Shown piece after piece: positions 21,126-31,266 of a stretch of 64,000 bases of DNA; positions within the stretch are counted from its first letter, which is position 1; each line of letters opens with the position of its first letter. A program made the position numbers and the translations under genes. The stretch is from contig JAYOEZ010000001.1 of the NCBI GenBank assembly GCA_038116985.1, forward strand, positions 12,766-76,765. The letters are read 5' to 3'. The notes under the pieces were generated by a model. It did not search any database. It was not told where the DNA came from and worked only from the letters and a program-made list of their open reading frames with translations. Origin of the DNA: Alphaproteobacteria bacterium (GTDB lineage Bacteria; Pseudomonadota; Alphaproteobacteria; SHVP01).

Positions 21126-22099
21126 CGGACGCCGAGGCGTTCGTCGAGGAACCGGTCGAGCGCGGCCAGCAGGGGGGCACGGATGGAGTCCCGTTCCATC
21201 CAGATATCGTGCTTGGCGTCCGCAAAATCCTCAATGACGCAATCCGGAAGTTGACGAGCGATCGCGTGTTGCGCATCGCTGCGCACGATCACGTCCTTGC
21301 CGGCTGAAGCCATGTAGATGGGCGTTGTCAGGTTCTTTAGGACGGGCGGACGGTGAAGGTGGCGGATCGAACGGAAAGTCTCGTGCAGCCATTTCCAGGT
21401 CCCGCCGCCGATCCGCAGGCCGGGCTCCAGCCGGTAGTAGAGCTGGGCGACCCGGTAGCGGACCGGGTCCTGCGACAGACGGCTCTCTTCCACCGGGTAG
21501 TGCTCTCGAAACCACCAATCCTCATGGCCGAGGATATAGCGGCGGCCCATCCCGGTCGTCGTCATCAGCCGGGCCACCTGGGCTGCGACTGACGGTGAAG
21601 ACCGCTCCGTATTCACCTGTACCATCGGCGTGGTCAGGAATGCACCGTCGACGTTCGATGGCCTTTCGCCAAGATAGCGCATCACGATATGCGCACCCAT
21701 CGAGTGCGCGAGAAAGAAAACTGGTCGGTCGTGGTTGTACTCCGCGAATCGGGTGATGAAGTCGTGGAGGTCGCGGATGTCCCGGTCGTAGCCCCAGGAA
21801 TGCATCTTGTGACTGTTGCCCAGGCATCGGTCCGATCCGCCCTGGCCGCGCCAGTCTAGGTGGCGCACCGCGATGCCGCGATCCAGGAGATCCCGGAACA
21901 GTTCGAACCACTGTTCAGCGAACCCGCCAAAACCGGGCAGCGTGATCGCCGTCGCGCGGATCGACTTGCGGGGCCGCGGATCGATCCAGCCCGAACGTAG
22001 TCGCGCGCCGTCGGCATTCGTGAAGTAGCCCCAGCGCCAATCGTGGTGCTGCAGAAAACGGTCTTCGAGAGGAACGGGCAGAACGGAGAGATCGTACAT
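21122..22099 (-). CDS. cytoplasmic alpha/beta hydrolase, lysophospholipase-like (paralogue B)
   Basis: Track ORF 21122..22135. ATG 22099 (MYDLSVLPV...) avoids overlap with the upstream oxoprolinase gene. DWRGQGGS, AHSMGA and DAKHDIWMERD are present. Confidence 0.75.
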   Translation of the reverse strand: MYDLSVLPVPLEDRFLQHHDWRWGYFTNADGARLRSGWIDPRPRKSIRATAITLPGFGGFAEQWFELFRDLLDRGIAVRHLDWRGQGGSDRCLGNSHKMHSWGYDRDIRDLHDFITRFAEYNHDRPVFFLAHSMGAHIVMRYLGERPSNVDGAFLTTPMVQVNTERSSPSVAAQVARLMTTTGMGRRYILGHEDWWFREHYPVEESRLSQDPVRYRVAQLYYRLEPGLRIGGGTWKWLHETFRSIRHLHRPPVLKNLTTPIYMASAGKDVIVRSDAQHAIARQLPDCVIEDFADAKHDIWMERDSIRAPLLAALDRFLDERLGVR

Positions 22100-22109
22100 C
22101 TGCCGGCGA

Positions 22110-25100
22110 CTATTCCGCCGCGTCGCGACGCGCACCGATGGCGCCGTATCCGCCGCCGGTCGGCGTCTGAATGACGAAGGTATCGCCGGCGTTCATCTCG
22201 ACGGCCCAGCGGCCGGATGGGTTTTCCTCGGTGCTGCCGTCGGCGCGCGCGACCCAGTTGCGTCCGCACTGCCCTGCTTCGCCCCCCGCCATGCCGAAGG
22301 GCGGGATCACCCGATGGCTCGCAAGCACTGCGGCGGTCATTGGCTCGAGGAACCGGATGCGCCTGATGGTTCCGTCGCCGCCGTTCCATTGGCCGCGACC
22401 GCCCGAGCCGGAGCGGATGCGGTGGCTCTCCAACAGCACGGGGAATCGCCATTCGAGTACTTCGGGGTCGGTCAGGCGAGTGTTCGTCATGTGCACCTGC
22501 ACCGCCGCCGTACCGTCGAAGCCCGGGCCAGCGCCCGACCCGCCGGACACCGTTTCGTAGTACTGCCAGCGTTCGTTGCCGAACGTGAAGTTGTTCATGG
22601 TGCCCTGTGCGGCGCCCATGACCTCAAGTGCGCCGATCAGCGCATCGGTGATGTTCTGCGACGTTTCGACGTTGCCGGCCACCACGGCGGCGGGATAGGT
22701 CGAGTCGAGCATCGAACCGTCCGGGATGATCACCTCGATCGGCTTCAGACACCCCTGGTTCAATGGAATGTCGTCATCGACCAGCAATCGAAACACGTAG
22801 AGCACCGCCGCCATCGTCACCGCGCGGGGCGCGTTGTAGTTGCCGGGATGCGTCTGCGATGTCCCGCTGAAGTCGATGGTGATGCTGCGCGCGTCACGAT
22901 TCACGTTCACCGCCACGCGAATCTCGTATCCGTCGTCAAATGGGTAGACAAAGGCGCCGTCGTGCAGCCGGTCGATCACGCGGCGCACTGATTCCTCGGC
23001 GTTGTCCTGCACATGACCCATGTACGCCTGCACGACGTCGAGACCGAAGTGTCCGACCATGCGGCCGAGTTCCTGTGCGCCTTTTTCGCAGGCCGCGACC
23101 TGCGCCTTGAGATCCGCCATGTTCTGGGCCGGATTGCGCGCCGGATAGGGTCCGGATTGCAGAAGATCGACCATCTCGCGCTCGCGCAGGTGGCCGCCAT
23201 CGACCAGCAGGAAGTTGTCGATCAGGATTCCCTCTTGATCGATGGTCGTGGAATCTGGCGGCATCGAACCTGGGGTAATGCCGCCTATATCCGCCTGGTG
23301 TCCGCGACTGCCCGTAAAGAAGAGCAGTTTGCCCGAAGTTTCGTCAAAGACCGGCGTGATGACCGTGACGTCAGGCAGATGCGTGCCGCCGTTGTAGGGG
23401 GCATTCAAGACGTAGACATCGCCCTTCTTGATGGTATCGCCGCGCTCGCGGATCACGGTCTTGATGCTCTCGCTCATCGAGCCAAGGTGCACCGGCATGT
23501 GTGGCGCATTGGCGACGAGGTTGCCGTCCGCATCGAACACCGCGCAGGAAAAATCGAGGCGTTCCTTGATGTTCACGGATGAAGCGGTGTTCTGCAGGGT
23601 GGAGCCCATCTGCTCGGCAATCGACATGAAGAGGTTGTTGAAAATTTCGAGCATCACCGGATCGACTGCAGTACCGATCGCGTGGGCGCGTTCCTTCGCG
23701 ACAGTGCGTTCTAGGAAGAGCTCGCCGCGTGCATTTATCGTTGCCCGCCAGCCGGGTTCGACCATGATCGTCGAATTGGGCTCTGCGATGATCGCCGGAC
23801 CGCTGATGGGTGTATCGGCCGGGACGTGGTTGCGGTCGTAGATTGGGGTCTCTGCTGCGCCTTCGGCGGTGTGCACGAGCACCGTCTCGCGCGGGTCGGG
23901 CAGCGGGCCCGCAGGCGCCACAGCGCCCTCAAGAAATGCCTTGCTCTCATCGGGGCGTCCGCGCGCCTCGACTGAGACCGCTTCGACGATCAGCGGTTTG
24001 TCGGGCGCAGCGAAACCGTATCGCTGACGATGCACCTCCTCGAATTGCGTTCTCATGGCCCCGGCTTCGGCAAAATCGACGATCAGGGGCGTGTCGCTTC
24101 CCTCGTATCGCAGGTGTGCTTTGCGCAGTACGTCGATTCGCGCATCGGGAATAGCCTGGCTGCGTAGTTCATGTGCGGCAGCGTCCTCGAGCGATGTGAT
24201 CTCGCTGGCAAGGCGTGCTTGTGTTGTGTCGTCGAGAGTCGCCTCCACGGCGCGCTCGCGCATCGCCGTCGTATCGGCGAGGCCCATGCCGTAGGCCGAA
24301 AGCAAACTGGCGAGCGGATGGATTGTGACCCGCTTCATGCCGAGCGCGTCGGCCACCAGGCAGGCGTGCTGCGCTCCTGCACCGCCGAAACAGCATAGGG
24401 CGTACTCCGTTACGTCGTAGCCGCGCTGAATGGAAATCTTCTTGATCGCGTTCGCCATGTTTTCGACGGCGATGGCGATGAAGCCATTGGCGACCTCTTC
24501 CGGCGAACGGCTGTCCCCGGTTGCCGTTTCGATTTCCTTCGCCAGTGCGGCAAAGCGGTCATGGACCACCGCTGCGTCCAGCGGCTGATCCGCACCAGGT
24601 CCGAACACATTGGGAAAGAACGCCGGTTGAAGCTTGCCCACGCACACGTTGGCGTCCGTCACCGTCAGCGGCCCGCCGCGCCGATAGCAGGCCGGGCCGG
24701 GATTGGCGCCTGCGGAATCCGGTCCGACGCGATAGCGCGCACCGTCGAAATGCAGAATGGACCCGCCGCCGGCAGCTACCGTATGAATCGCCATCATCGG
24801 TGCGCGCATGCGTACACCCGCGACCTCCGTCTCGAAGGCGCGCTCGAGTTCACCGTCGTAGTGTGAGACGTCCGTCGATGTGCCGCCCATGTCGAAACCG
24901 ATGATCCGATCAAAGCCGGCCAGCTCGCTGGTTCGCACCGCGCCGACCACGCCGCCGGCCGGGCCGGAGAGAATGGAGTCCTTGCCCTGGAAAAAGTCGG
25001 CGTGCGACAGCCCGCCGTTGGACTGCATGAACATCAGCCGTGTGTCGCCAAGTTCCGACGCAAGCCCGTCGATGTAGCGGCGCAGGATCGGCGATAGGTA

Positions 25101-25739
25101 GGAATCAACGACTGTAGTATCGCCGCGGCTCACGAGTTTCATGAGCGGGCTGACCTCGTGGGACACCGAAATCTGGGTGAATCCGATTTCGCGCGCAATT
25201 TCGGCGATGCGGGTTTCATGGGCCGGGTACCGGTAGCCATGCATCAGCACGATCGCGACGGCCCGGATGCCCGCGTCGAACGCCCCGCGAAGTCCTTGCG
25301 CAACGGCATCCTCGTCCAGTTTCGCAAGAACCGATCCGTCAGCCGTCACCCGTTCGTGCGCTTCGATGACACGCTCGTAGAGCATCTCGGGCAGTTCGAT
25401 GTGGCGCGCAAACAGCTTCGGGCGGTTCTGGTAACCGATCCGGAGCGCGTCCCCGAGGCCGGCGGTGATGACGAGCGCGGTGCGGTCGCCCTTGCGCTCC
25501 AGCAGCGCGTTGGTCGCGACCGTCGTGCCCATCTTCACCGAGGCTATCCGCTCGGCTGGAATCGGGTCGGTGGCGCCGAGGCCGAAGGTCGCGCGAATCC
25601 CCTGCAGGGCGGCGTCCCTGTAGTGCTCGGGGTTTTCGGACAGCAGCTTGCGCGCTTGCAGGGTGCCGTCAGGCGCGCGCGCGACCACGTCGGTAAACGT
25701 GCCGCCGCGGTCGATCCAGAATTGCCAGCCGCCGTCCAT
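22110..25739 (-). CDS. fused hydantoinase A/B - 5-oxoprolinase (ATP-hydrolysing) family protein
   Basis: 1209-aa track ORF. N-terminus [16 protein letters not shown] (HyuA-type), followed by a C-terminal HyuB-type half. Confidence 0.85.
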   Translation of the reverse strand: MDGGWQFWIDRGGTFTDVVARAPDGTLQARKLLSENPEHYRDAALQGIRATFGLGATDPIPAERIASVKMGTTVATNALLERKGDRTALVITAGLGDALRIGYQNRPKLFARHIELPEMLYERVIEAHERVTADGSVLAKLDEDAVAQGLRGAFDAGIRAVAIVLMHGYRYPAHETRIAEIAREIGFTQISVSHEVSPLMKLVSRGDTTVVDSYLSPILRRYIDGLASELGDTRLMFMQSNGGLSHADFFQGKDSILSGPAGGVVGAVRTSELAGFDRIIGFDMGGTSTDVSHYDGELERAFETEVAGVRMRAPMMAIHTVAAGGGSILHFDGARYRVGPDSAGANPGPACYRRGGPLTVTDANVCVGKLQPAFFPNVFGPGADQPLDAAVVHDRFAALAKEIETATGDSRSPEEVANGFIAIAVENMANAIKKISIQRGYDVTEYALCCFGGAGAQHACLVADALGMKRVTIHPLASLLSAYGMGLADTTAMRERAVEATLDDTTQARLASEITSLEDAAAHELRSQAIPDARIDVLRKAHLRYEGSDTPLIVDFAEAGAMRTQFEEVHRQRYGFAAPDKPLIVEAVSVEARGRPDESKAFLEGAVAPAGPLPDPRETVLVHTAEGAAETPIYDRNHVPADTPISGPAIIAEPNSTIMVEPGWRATINARGELFLERTVAKERAHAIGTAVDPVMLEIFNNLFMSIAEQMGSTLQNTASSVNIKERLDFSCAVFDADGNLVANAPHMPVHLGSMSESIKTVIRERGDTIKKGDVYVLNAPYNGGTHLPDVTVITPVFDETSGKLLFFTGSRGHQADIGGITPGSMPPDSTTIDQEGILIDNFLLVDGGHLREREMVDLLQSGPYPARNPAQNMADLKAQVAACEKGAQELGRMVGHFGLDVVQAYMGHVQDNAEESVRRVIDRLHDGAFVYPFDDGYEIRVAVNVNRDARSITIDFSGTSQTHPGNYNAPRAVTMAAVLYVFRLLVDDDIPLNQGCLKPIEVIIPDGSMLDSTYPAAVVAGNVETSQNITDALIGALEVMGAAQGTMNNFTFGNERWQYYETVSGGSGAGPGFDGTAAVQVHMTNTRLTDPEVLEWRFPVLLESHRIRSGSGGRGQWNGGDGTIRRIRFLEPMTAAVLASHRVIPPFGMAGGEAGQCGRNWVARADGSTEENPSGRWAVEMNAGDTFVIQTPTGGGYGAIGARRDAAE

Positions 25740-25845
25740 CCGGGTTCGCTTACCACATTGGTCGGTACGGGCCTAGTTCGGCGGCCCACATACGGCGTGC
25801 TGGCGTGGCTCCCGCCTGCGGGCTAGGTTCTGGGCGGAATCGCAC

Positions 25846-26574
25846 ATGAGCATTTGGGGAAAAATCATCGGCGCGACGGCCGGATTCGCTGTTGGCGGGC
25901 CGATCGGCGCGCTGGTCGGCGGGCTTGCCGGGCACGTCTATGACCGCCATCGCGCACGGCCGGTCGAGCCGGATGATGCGACGCGGCAGATCGCGTTCAC
26001 GATCGGCGTGATCGCCCTCGGTGCCAAGATGGCGAAGGCCGACGGGGTCGTGACGGCTGACGAGGTTCAGGCCTTCAAGGAGGTCTTTCGCGTACCTAGC
26101 GAGGAGATGAAGAACGTGGCGCGGGTCTTTGATCAGGCCCGAAAGGACGCCCGTGGCTATGAGGTCTACGCGCATCAGATCGCCGGACTCTTCGAGGGTA
26201 CGCCGCCGGTGCTGGAAGACCTGCTCGACGGGTTGTTCCACATCGCGAAGGCGGACAACGTGATTCATCCTGCCGAAATCTCCTATCTAGAAGGCGTTGC
26301 GCGCATTTTCGGTTTCGATGCGAACGCTTTCGCGCGCATCAAGGAAGCGCACCTTGGTCCCGACGAGGCAGATCCCTACAAGGTGCTCGGTCTCACGCGG
26401 GATGCAACGGACGCGGAGGTCAAGAAGACCTACCGTGCGCTCATCCGCGAGCACCATCCCGATGCGCTTGTGGCGCAGGGTGTCCCTGAAGAATTCGTCA
26501 GGGTAGCCAACGACAAGCTCGCCGCCATCAACGTCGCCTATGACCGAATCGAAAGAGAGCGGGGGCTCGCCTAG
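25846..26574 (+). CDS. djlA: DjlA-like co-chaperone (N-terminal TM, TerB-like domain, C-terminal J domain)
   Basis: Gly-rich TM segment IIGATAGFAVGGPIGALVGGLAG. C-terminal J domain DPYKVLGL...YRALIREHHPD. Confidence 0.8.
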   Translation: MSIWGKIIGATAGFAVGGPIGALVGGLAGHVYDRHRARPVEPDDATRQIAFTIGVIALGAKMAKADGVVTADEVQAFKEVFRVPSEEMKNVARVFDQARKDARGYEVYAHQIAGLFEGTPPVLEDLLDGLFHIAKADNVIHPAEISYLEGVARIFGFDANAFARIKEAHLGPDEADPYKVLGLTRDATDAEVKKTYRALIREHHPDALVAQGVPEEFVRVANDKLAAINVAYDRIERERGLA

Positions 26575-26580
26575 TCCATC

Positions 26581-27483
26581 ATGCGTCCACAACACGTGAT
26601 CTTTGCGCTGGTCGTCGCCGGGACGGCCGGGACCAACTGGGTCGCCTCGAAGATCGCCGTGGACACGCTGCCGCCGTTTCTCACGGTGGCGATGCGATTC
26701 GGCATTCTCTCGATCGCCTTTCTGCCCTTTGCCCGCATCTTTCGCGGGCAGATGTTCAACGTGTTTCTGGTGTCGCTCACGCTTGGCGTGATGCAGTTCG
26801 GCTTCATGTTCCTGTCATTGAGCCTCTCCGAAGACGTGTCGACGATGGCGATCACCAACCAGCTCTACGTCCCTTTCTCGACATTGCTCGGCGTCGCGTT
26901 CCTCGGAGAGCGAATCGGCTGGGTGCGCAGTCTCGCTATCGCGACCGCATTCGGTGGCGTCGTCGTCATGGGTTTCGATCCGGCGGCCTTCCGGCAGATC
27001 GATGCGATGATCGTGGTCGCCTTGTCCGCGCTCTCGCTTTCCTTTTCGTCGCTGTTCATGCGACGGCTGAGCGGCATCACCGTGTTCCAACTTCAGTTCT
27101 GGATCTGCGTTCTCGCGGCGCCGCAGATGCTCTTGCTGTCGCTCATCTTCGAGCTCGACAGGTGGGCCGCAGTGCCCGATGCGTCTGCTGCTGCGTGGTA
27201 CGCCTTCGTCTACACGATCTTCGTCGGCACCACGTATCACGCCGGCTACTATTATCTGCTGCGGCGCTATCCGGTTAGCACGGTCGCGCCGCTCATGCTG
27301 ATGCTCCCGGTCGTGGGGATCGGCTCGGGTATCCTGGTCTACGGTGACGTGCTCACCGTCCAGATCGCACTTGGCGCCGCGCTGACCATGGTGGGCGTCG
27401 CCGTCATCATCCTGCGTTCGAAGGAGGGTGAGGGCGGAGAGGTCGACTTCGACAAGACGCCGCAGACCGAAGCAAAGTCATGA
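26581..27483 (+). CDS. EamA/DMT-family transporter (paralogue 1)
   Basis: 300-aa track ORF, roughly 10-TM hydrophobic profile with the two-EamA-repeat organisation. Confidence 0.75.
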   Translation: MRPQHVIFALVVAGTAGTNWVASKIAVDTLPPFLTVAMRFGILSIAFLPFARIFRGQMFNVFLVSLTLGVMQFGFMFLSLSLSEDVSTMAITNQLYVPFSTLLGVAFLGERIGWVRSLAIATAFGGVVVMGFDPAAFRQIDAMIVVALSALSLSFSSLFMRRLSGITVFQLQFWICVLAAPQMLLLSLIFELDRWAAVPDASAAAWYAFVYTIFVGTTYHAGYYYLLRRYPVSTVAPLMLMLPVVGIGSGILVYGDVLTVQIALGAALTMVGVAVIILRSKEGEGGEVDFDKTPQTEAKS

Positions 27484-28364
27484 AGCCGCATCACCTGGGT
27501 CTCGCCCTGTTGATCACTATGCTGTGGGGCTTCAACTTCGTTGCGGCGAAGACCGCTATGGATCATTTCCCGACGTTCGAGATGCTGTTCCTGCGGTTCG
27601 TGTTGCTTTCGTTGCTCCTGTTCCCGTTTCTACGCATTCCGCGCGACAAGGTTCGTCCCGTACTCGGCGTTGCGTTCATGGTCGGGGTGTTGCACTTCTC
27701 GCTGAACTTCTCAGGTCTCGGAATGTCCGGCGACGTCTCGTCTGCGGCAATTGCAACGCAGCTTTTCATTCCCGTCGGCACCATTCTCGCCATTCTGTTT
27801 CTTGGCGAGCGCATCGGACTGTGGCGCACACTGGCGATCACGGTCGCGTTCTTGGGCACGGTCGTGACCAGTTTCGATCCGATCGTCGTCGACCATCTCG
27901 ACGCTCTGCTGATCGTCGTAGTCAGCACGCTGCCGATGGCCATCGCCACAATCATGTTGCGTCGCCTGTCGGGCGTGAACCCGATGCAGGTGCAGGCGTG
28001 GACCGGGATCGTCGGCGTTCCGGCCTATCTCGTCCTGTCTCTCCTTTTTGAGAGCGGCCAGATCGAAGCCCTGCGAACCGCCACATGGGCGCCGATCGGG
28101 GGGGTCATCTATGCCGTGATCGCCGGATCGATCGTCGGCCACGGCGGGCTCTACTTTTTGCTGCAGCGTTATCCGGTCAGCTGGGTCAATCCGCTGTTTC
28201 TACTGGCCCCAGTATTCGCCGTGTTCTTCGGCGTCACGGTCTATGGCGATACCCCGACCGCGCAGATCATCGTCGGGGGCGTCATGACGATTGCAGGCGT
28301 TGCGATCATCGCCTTGCGTTCGTCCCGCAAAGGGGCGCCGTTGCCGGGAAAGGCTGCGCCGTGA
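27480..28364 (+). CDS. EamA/DMT-family transporter (paralogue 2)
   Basis: 294-aa track ORF. ATGA overlap with the preceding EamA gene, and visibly similar to it (e.g. MLWGFNFVAAK vs GTNWVASK, LLQRYPVS vs LLRRYPVS). Confidence 0.75.
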   Translation: MKPHHLGLALLITMLWGFNFVAAKTAMDHFPTFEMLFLRFVLLSLLLFPFLRIPRDKVRPVLGVAFMVGVLHFSLNFSGLGMSGDVSSAAIATQLFIPVGTILAILFLGERIGLWRTLAITVAFLGTVVTSFDPIVVDHLDALLIVVVSTLPMAIATIMLRRLSGVNPMQVQAWTGIVGVPAYLVLSLLFESGQIEALRTATWAPIGGVIYAVIAGSIVGHGGLYFLLQRYPVSWVNPLFLLAPVFAVFFGVTVYGDTPTAQIIVGGVMTIAGVAIIALRSSRKGAPLPGKAAP

Positions 28365-29092
28365 TTCGCGCGCCGGTCAGACGCCCATCACCCAACTTCG
28401 ACACGAGGGCGCTGGCGATCGACATGATCGTGCTTCACTACACGGGGATGCGCGATTGCGAGTCCGCGCTGCGGCGCCTGACCGATCCCGAGGCCAAAGT
28501 CAGCGCCCACTACCTGATCGACGACGACGGCACGCTCTATACGCTGGTCGACGAAGCCAGTCGCGCGTGGCACGCAGGCGTTGCGTCCTGGCATGGCGAG
28601 ACCGACATCAACGGCTGCGCGATCGGCATCGAACTGGTGAATCCCGGACACGAGTTCGGCTACCGCGACTTCCCCGACACGCAGATGCAGACGCTTGAGG
28701 CGCTCTGCGCAGACATCATGGAGCGCCACGACATCTCCGCTGCGCGTGTGATCGGTCATGCCGATGTGGCGCCGGCGCGCAAGATGGATCCGGGCGAGCG
28801 CTTCGACTGGGCCCGGCTGGCGCGTGCGGGTCTTGCGCTTTGGCCCGATGCAGGACCGCACGTGGATATTTCCCTCGCGCCGGGTGATACGGGCGATGAG
28901 GTTGCGGCCCTGCAGGTATCTCTGGCCGCGATCGGTTATGGCATTGCCGCCGACGGGATCTACGGCGACGAGACCCGCGCGGTAGTGACCGCCTTCCAGC
29001 GGCGCTTCCGTCCCGCCCGGGTCGACGGGGTGGCTGATCCGGAAACGGCCGCGCTCATCGAAGGGCTGATTTCGCTCTTCGTTGACGTTTAG
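28361..29092 (+). CDS. N-acetylmuramoyl-L-alanine amidase (amidase_2/AmpD-like) with C-terminal peptidoglycan-binding repeat
   Basis: GTG 28361 (GTGA overlap with the EamA stop). SPNFDTR...IVLHYTG...AWHAG...GIELVN and C-terminal GDTGDEVAALQVSLAAIGY...DGIYGDETRAVVTAFQ. Confidence 0.8.
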   Translation: MIRAPVRRPSPNFDTRALAIDMIVLHYTGMRDCESALRRLTDPEAKVSAHYLIDDDGTLYTLVDEASRAWHAGVASWHGETDINGCAIGIELVNPGHEFGYRDFPDTQMQTLEALCADIMERHDISAARVIGHADVAPARKMDPGERFDWARLARAGLALWPDAGPHVDISLAPGDTGDEVAALQVSLAAIGYGIAADGIYGDETRAVVTAFQRRFRPARVDGVADPETAALIEGLISLFVDV

Positions 29093-29110
29093 CCCGCTTG
29101 CCCTAGGTTA

Positions 29111-29495
<385 letters not shown>

Positions 29496-29501
29496 AATTG
29501 A

Positions 29502-29516
29502 GAACATAACAAGAAC
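29502..29516 (+). promoter_or_regulatory. candidate alphaproteobacterial LexA (SOS) box GAAC-N7-GAAC
   Basis: GAACATAACAAGAAC read directly from the sequence. It lies in AT-rich non-coding DNA 7 nt after rnpB, inside a weak TTGAGA-N16-TATTGG promoter-like arrangement (29498-29525). Confidence 0.35.
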
Positions 29517-29698
29517 AAGTATTGGGATCGGGCCGCCAAGTCGACCAGGGCTGAATTCTTGCCCGTGCCTCGGGGGGAACAGAATGGGAACATATTTCGG
29601 CCAGATTCAATCAGTATGGATACCTGGCATTCGACGACACGACATAGGGGTAGGGGGTAGCGCTCAACGATCGTCCTCGAAGTACTTCATAAGGCACC

Positions 29699-29746
29699 GG
29701 AATTACTTGCAATTCCATTGACACCCATGAAATGGCGTGTTATCCC
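29699..29746 (+). promoter_or_regulatory. candidate mraZ/dcw promoter (TTGACA-N17-TATCCC) preceded by the perfect inverted repeat GGAATT-N6-AATTCC
   Basis: Inverted repeat at 29699-29716, TTGACA at 29718-29723, and a weak -10 at 29741-29746. It sits about 85 nt upstream of the mraZ start. Confidence 0.3.
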
Positions 29747-29830
29747 ATCCTGTCCCAAAAGGCCGCTCTCGGCCTGCTTTCGGTGGGGGGTAAGCGTGGG
29801 ACGCTGGGAGAGGTATTCGAGGAGGCAGCG

Positions 29831-30304
29831 TTGGCGCTGTTTCTTTCCACTTTCGTCAACAAAGTCGACCGCAAGGGCCGGGTGTCCGTCCCTGCGAGTT
29901 TTCGGTCGGCGCTTGCCCAGCAGACCTTTTCTGGCGTCGTGGCGTTTCCCTCCCTGGTTCATCCGGCCATCGAAGGTTCCGGGATGGATCGCTTCGAACG
30001 GATTGCCGAAGGCATGGACGACGACCTGAACCCATTCAGCGACGAACACGACGATTTCTCGAAGGCCATTTTCGGCAAAGCCCATCAGCTCCCCTTCGAC
30101 AGCGAAGGCCGCATCATTCTTCCTGAATTGCTCCTGAAACACGCCGGTATCACAGAATTCGCGGCATTCATCGGCCAGGGCCGTCGCTTTCAGATCTGGG
30201 AGCCTGACGCTTTTGCCGCCCATGAAGCCGAGGCGGTCGAACGCGCAAAGAGCGGGCGCGCGAAGCTGAAGCTCTCACCACACGGCGGCGACGGAGGCTC
30301 CTGA
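29831..30304 (+). CDS. mraZ: transcriptional regulator MraZ
   Basis: ALFLSTFVNKVDRKGRVSVPASFR plus a second SpoVT/AbrB-like repeat (FDSEGRIILP). TTG 29831 sits behind GAGGAGG. The track ORF begins at ATG 29732, but those 33 extra codons are atypical for MraZ. Confidence 0.85.
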   Translation: MALFLSTFVNKVDRKGRVSVPASFRSALAQQTFSGVVAFPSLVHPAIEGSGMDRFERIAEGMDDDLNPFSDEHDDFSKAIFGKAHQLPFDSEGRIILPELLLKHAGITEFAAFIGQGRRFQIWEPDAFAAHEAEAVERAKSGRAKLKLSPHGGDGGS

Positions 30305-31266
30305 TGGAGGCGTCCCGGGCCGCAATCAGACATGTGCCCGTGATGGTCTCCGAGGTTTGCGCCGCCATCACGCCGACGGACGGAGAGACCTACGTCGACG
30401 GGACCTTTGGCGCGGGCGGCTATTCCCAGGCTTTCCTCGAAGCGGCGCAATGTCGCGTCTTCGGAATCGACCGCGACCCTGCTGCGATCGCGCGCGGCCG
30501 GGATATGGAAATCCGCTACGGGGGGCGGCTCACTCTGATCGAGGGGCGCTTCTCGGAAATGGATGATCTGCTCGCTGCGGAAGGCGTTTCGTCCGTTGAA
30601 GGCGTTGCGCTCGATATCGGCGTGTCGTCGATGCAACTCGACGACGCTGCGCGCGGCTTCTCCTTCATGCACGACGGTCCCCTCGACATGCGTATGGGCG
30701 CCAGCGGGCCAACCGCGGCGGACGTGGTAAACGGTGAAAGCGAAGGCGATCTCGCCGACATCATTTATCGCTTCGGCGAAGAGCGTCACGCGCGAAGGAT
30801 TGCGCGGGCCATCGTCGAGCGGCGCGCCGACTCGCCGATTGTGGGCACCGCGCATCTTGCAACGGTCGTCTCGGGCGCCATTCCAGGTGCTGGTCGCAGC
30901 CGCATACATCCGGCGACGCGGACCTTCCAGGCCTTGCGAGTCTATGTAAACGAGGAACTAGGCCCCGACGGCGAACTCGAGCGGGGCCTCGTGGCTGCGG
31001 AGCGGCTGCTGGCGCCGGACGGGCGCCTGGCGGTGGTGACCTTCCACTCGCTGGAGGACCGCGCCGTGAAGGCATTCTTCCGGGATCGGAGTGGTCAGCG
31101 TGTGGCGGCGAACCGGCACTTGCCGGAGGGCGCGGACATCCCGCCGGCGATGTTCGCGAGGCCGAAAATGGTCAAGCCTTCGCCGGACGAGATTGCCCGC
31201 AATCCGCGCGCGCGGTCCGCCAAGCTGCGCTGCGCCGTCCGCACTGCCGAAAGGGCGGTCGCATGA
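30304..31266 (+). CDS. rsmH: 16S rRNA (cytosine1402-N4)-methyltransferase
   Basis: HVPVMVSEV...YVDGTFGAGGYS...GIDRDP...DIGVSSMQLD...HSLEDR signature; dcw position. Confidence 0.95.
   Translation: MEASRAAIRHVPVMVSEVCAAITPTDGETYVDGTFGAGGYSQAFLEAAQCRVFGIDRDPAAIARGRDMEIRYGGRLTLIEGRFSEMDDLLAAEGVSSVEGVALDIGVSSMQLDDAARGFSFMHDGPLDMRMGASGPTAADVVNGESEGDLADIIYRFGEERHARRIARAIVERRADSPIVGTAHLATVVSGAIPGAGRSRIHPATRTFQALRVYVNEELGPDGELERGLVAAERLLAPDGRLAVVTFHSLEDRAVKAFFRDRSGQRVAANRHLPEGADIPPAMFARPKMVKPSPDEIARNPRARSAKLRCAVRTAERAVA

Noticed and set aside
29584-29721. 45-codon ORF (MGTYFGQIQSVWIPGIRRHD...) downstream of the LexA-like box, as a SidA-like SOS division inhibitor
   Set aside because: It has a GGGGGA SD-like element. 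However, third-position GC is only about half, against the very high GC3 of real genes here. The peptide is not hydrophobic and it runs into the mraZ -35. It is more likely non-coding leader or sRNA sequence. It is still worth checking by Ribo-seq if the SOS box proves real.
29687-30223. 178-aa ORF antisense to mraZ, and the 29732 ATG extension of mraZ
   Set aside because: The antisense ORF overlaps a clear MraZ reading frame. The 33 extra N-terminal codons from ATG 29732 cover the putative promoter and leader and are not MraZ-like. TTG 29831 behind GAGGAGG gives the canonical MALFLSTF... N-terminus.
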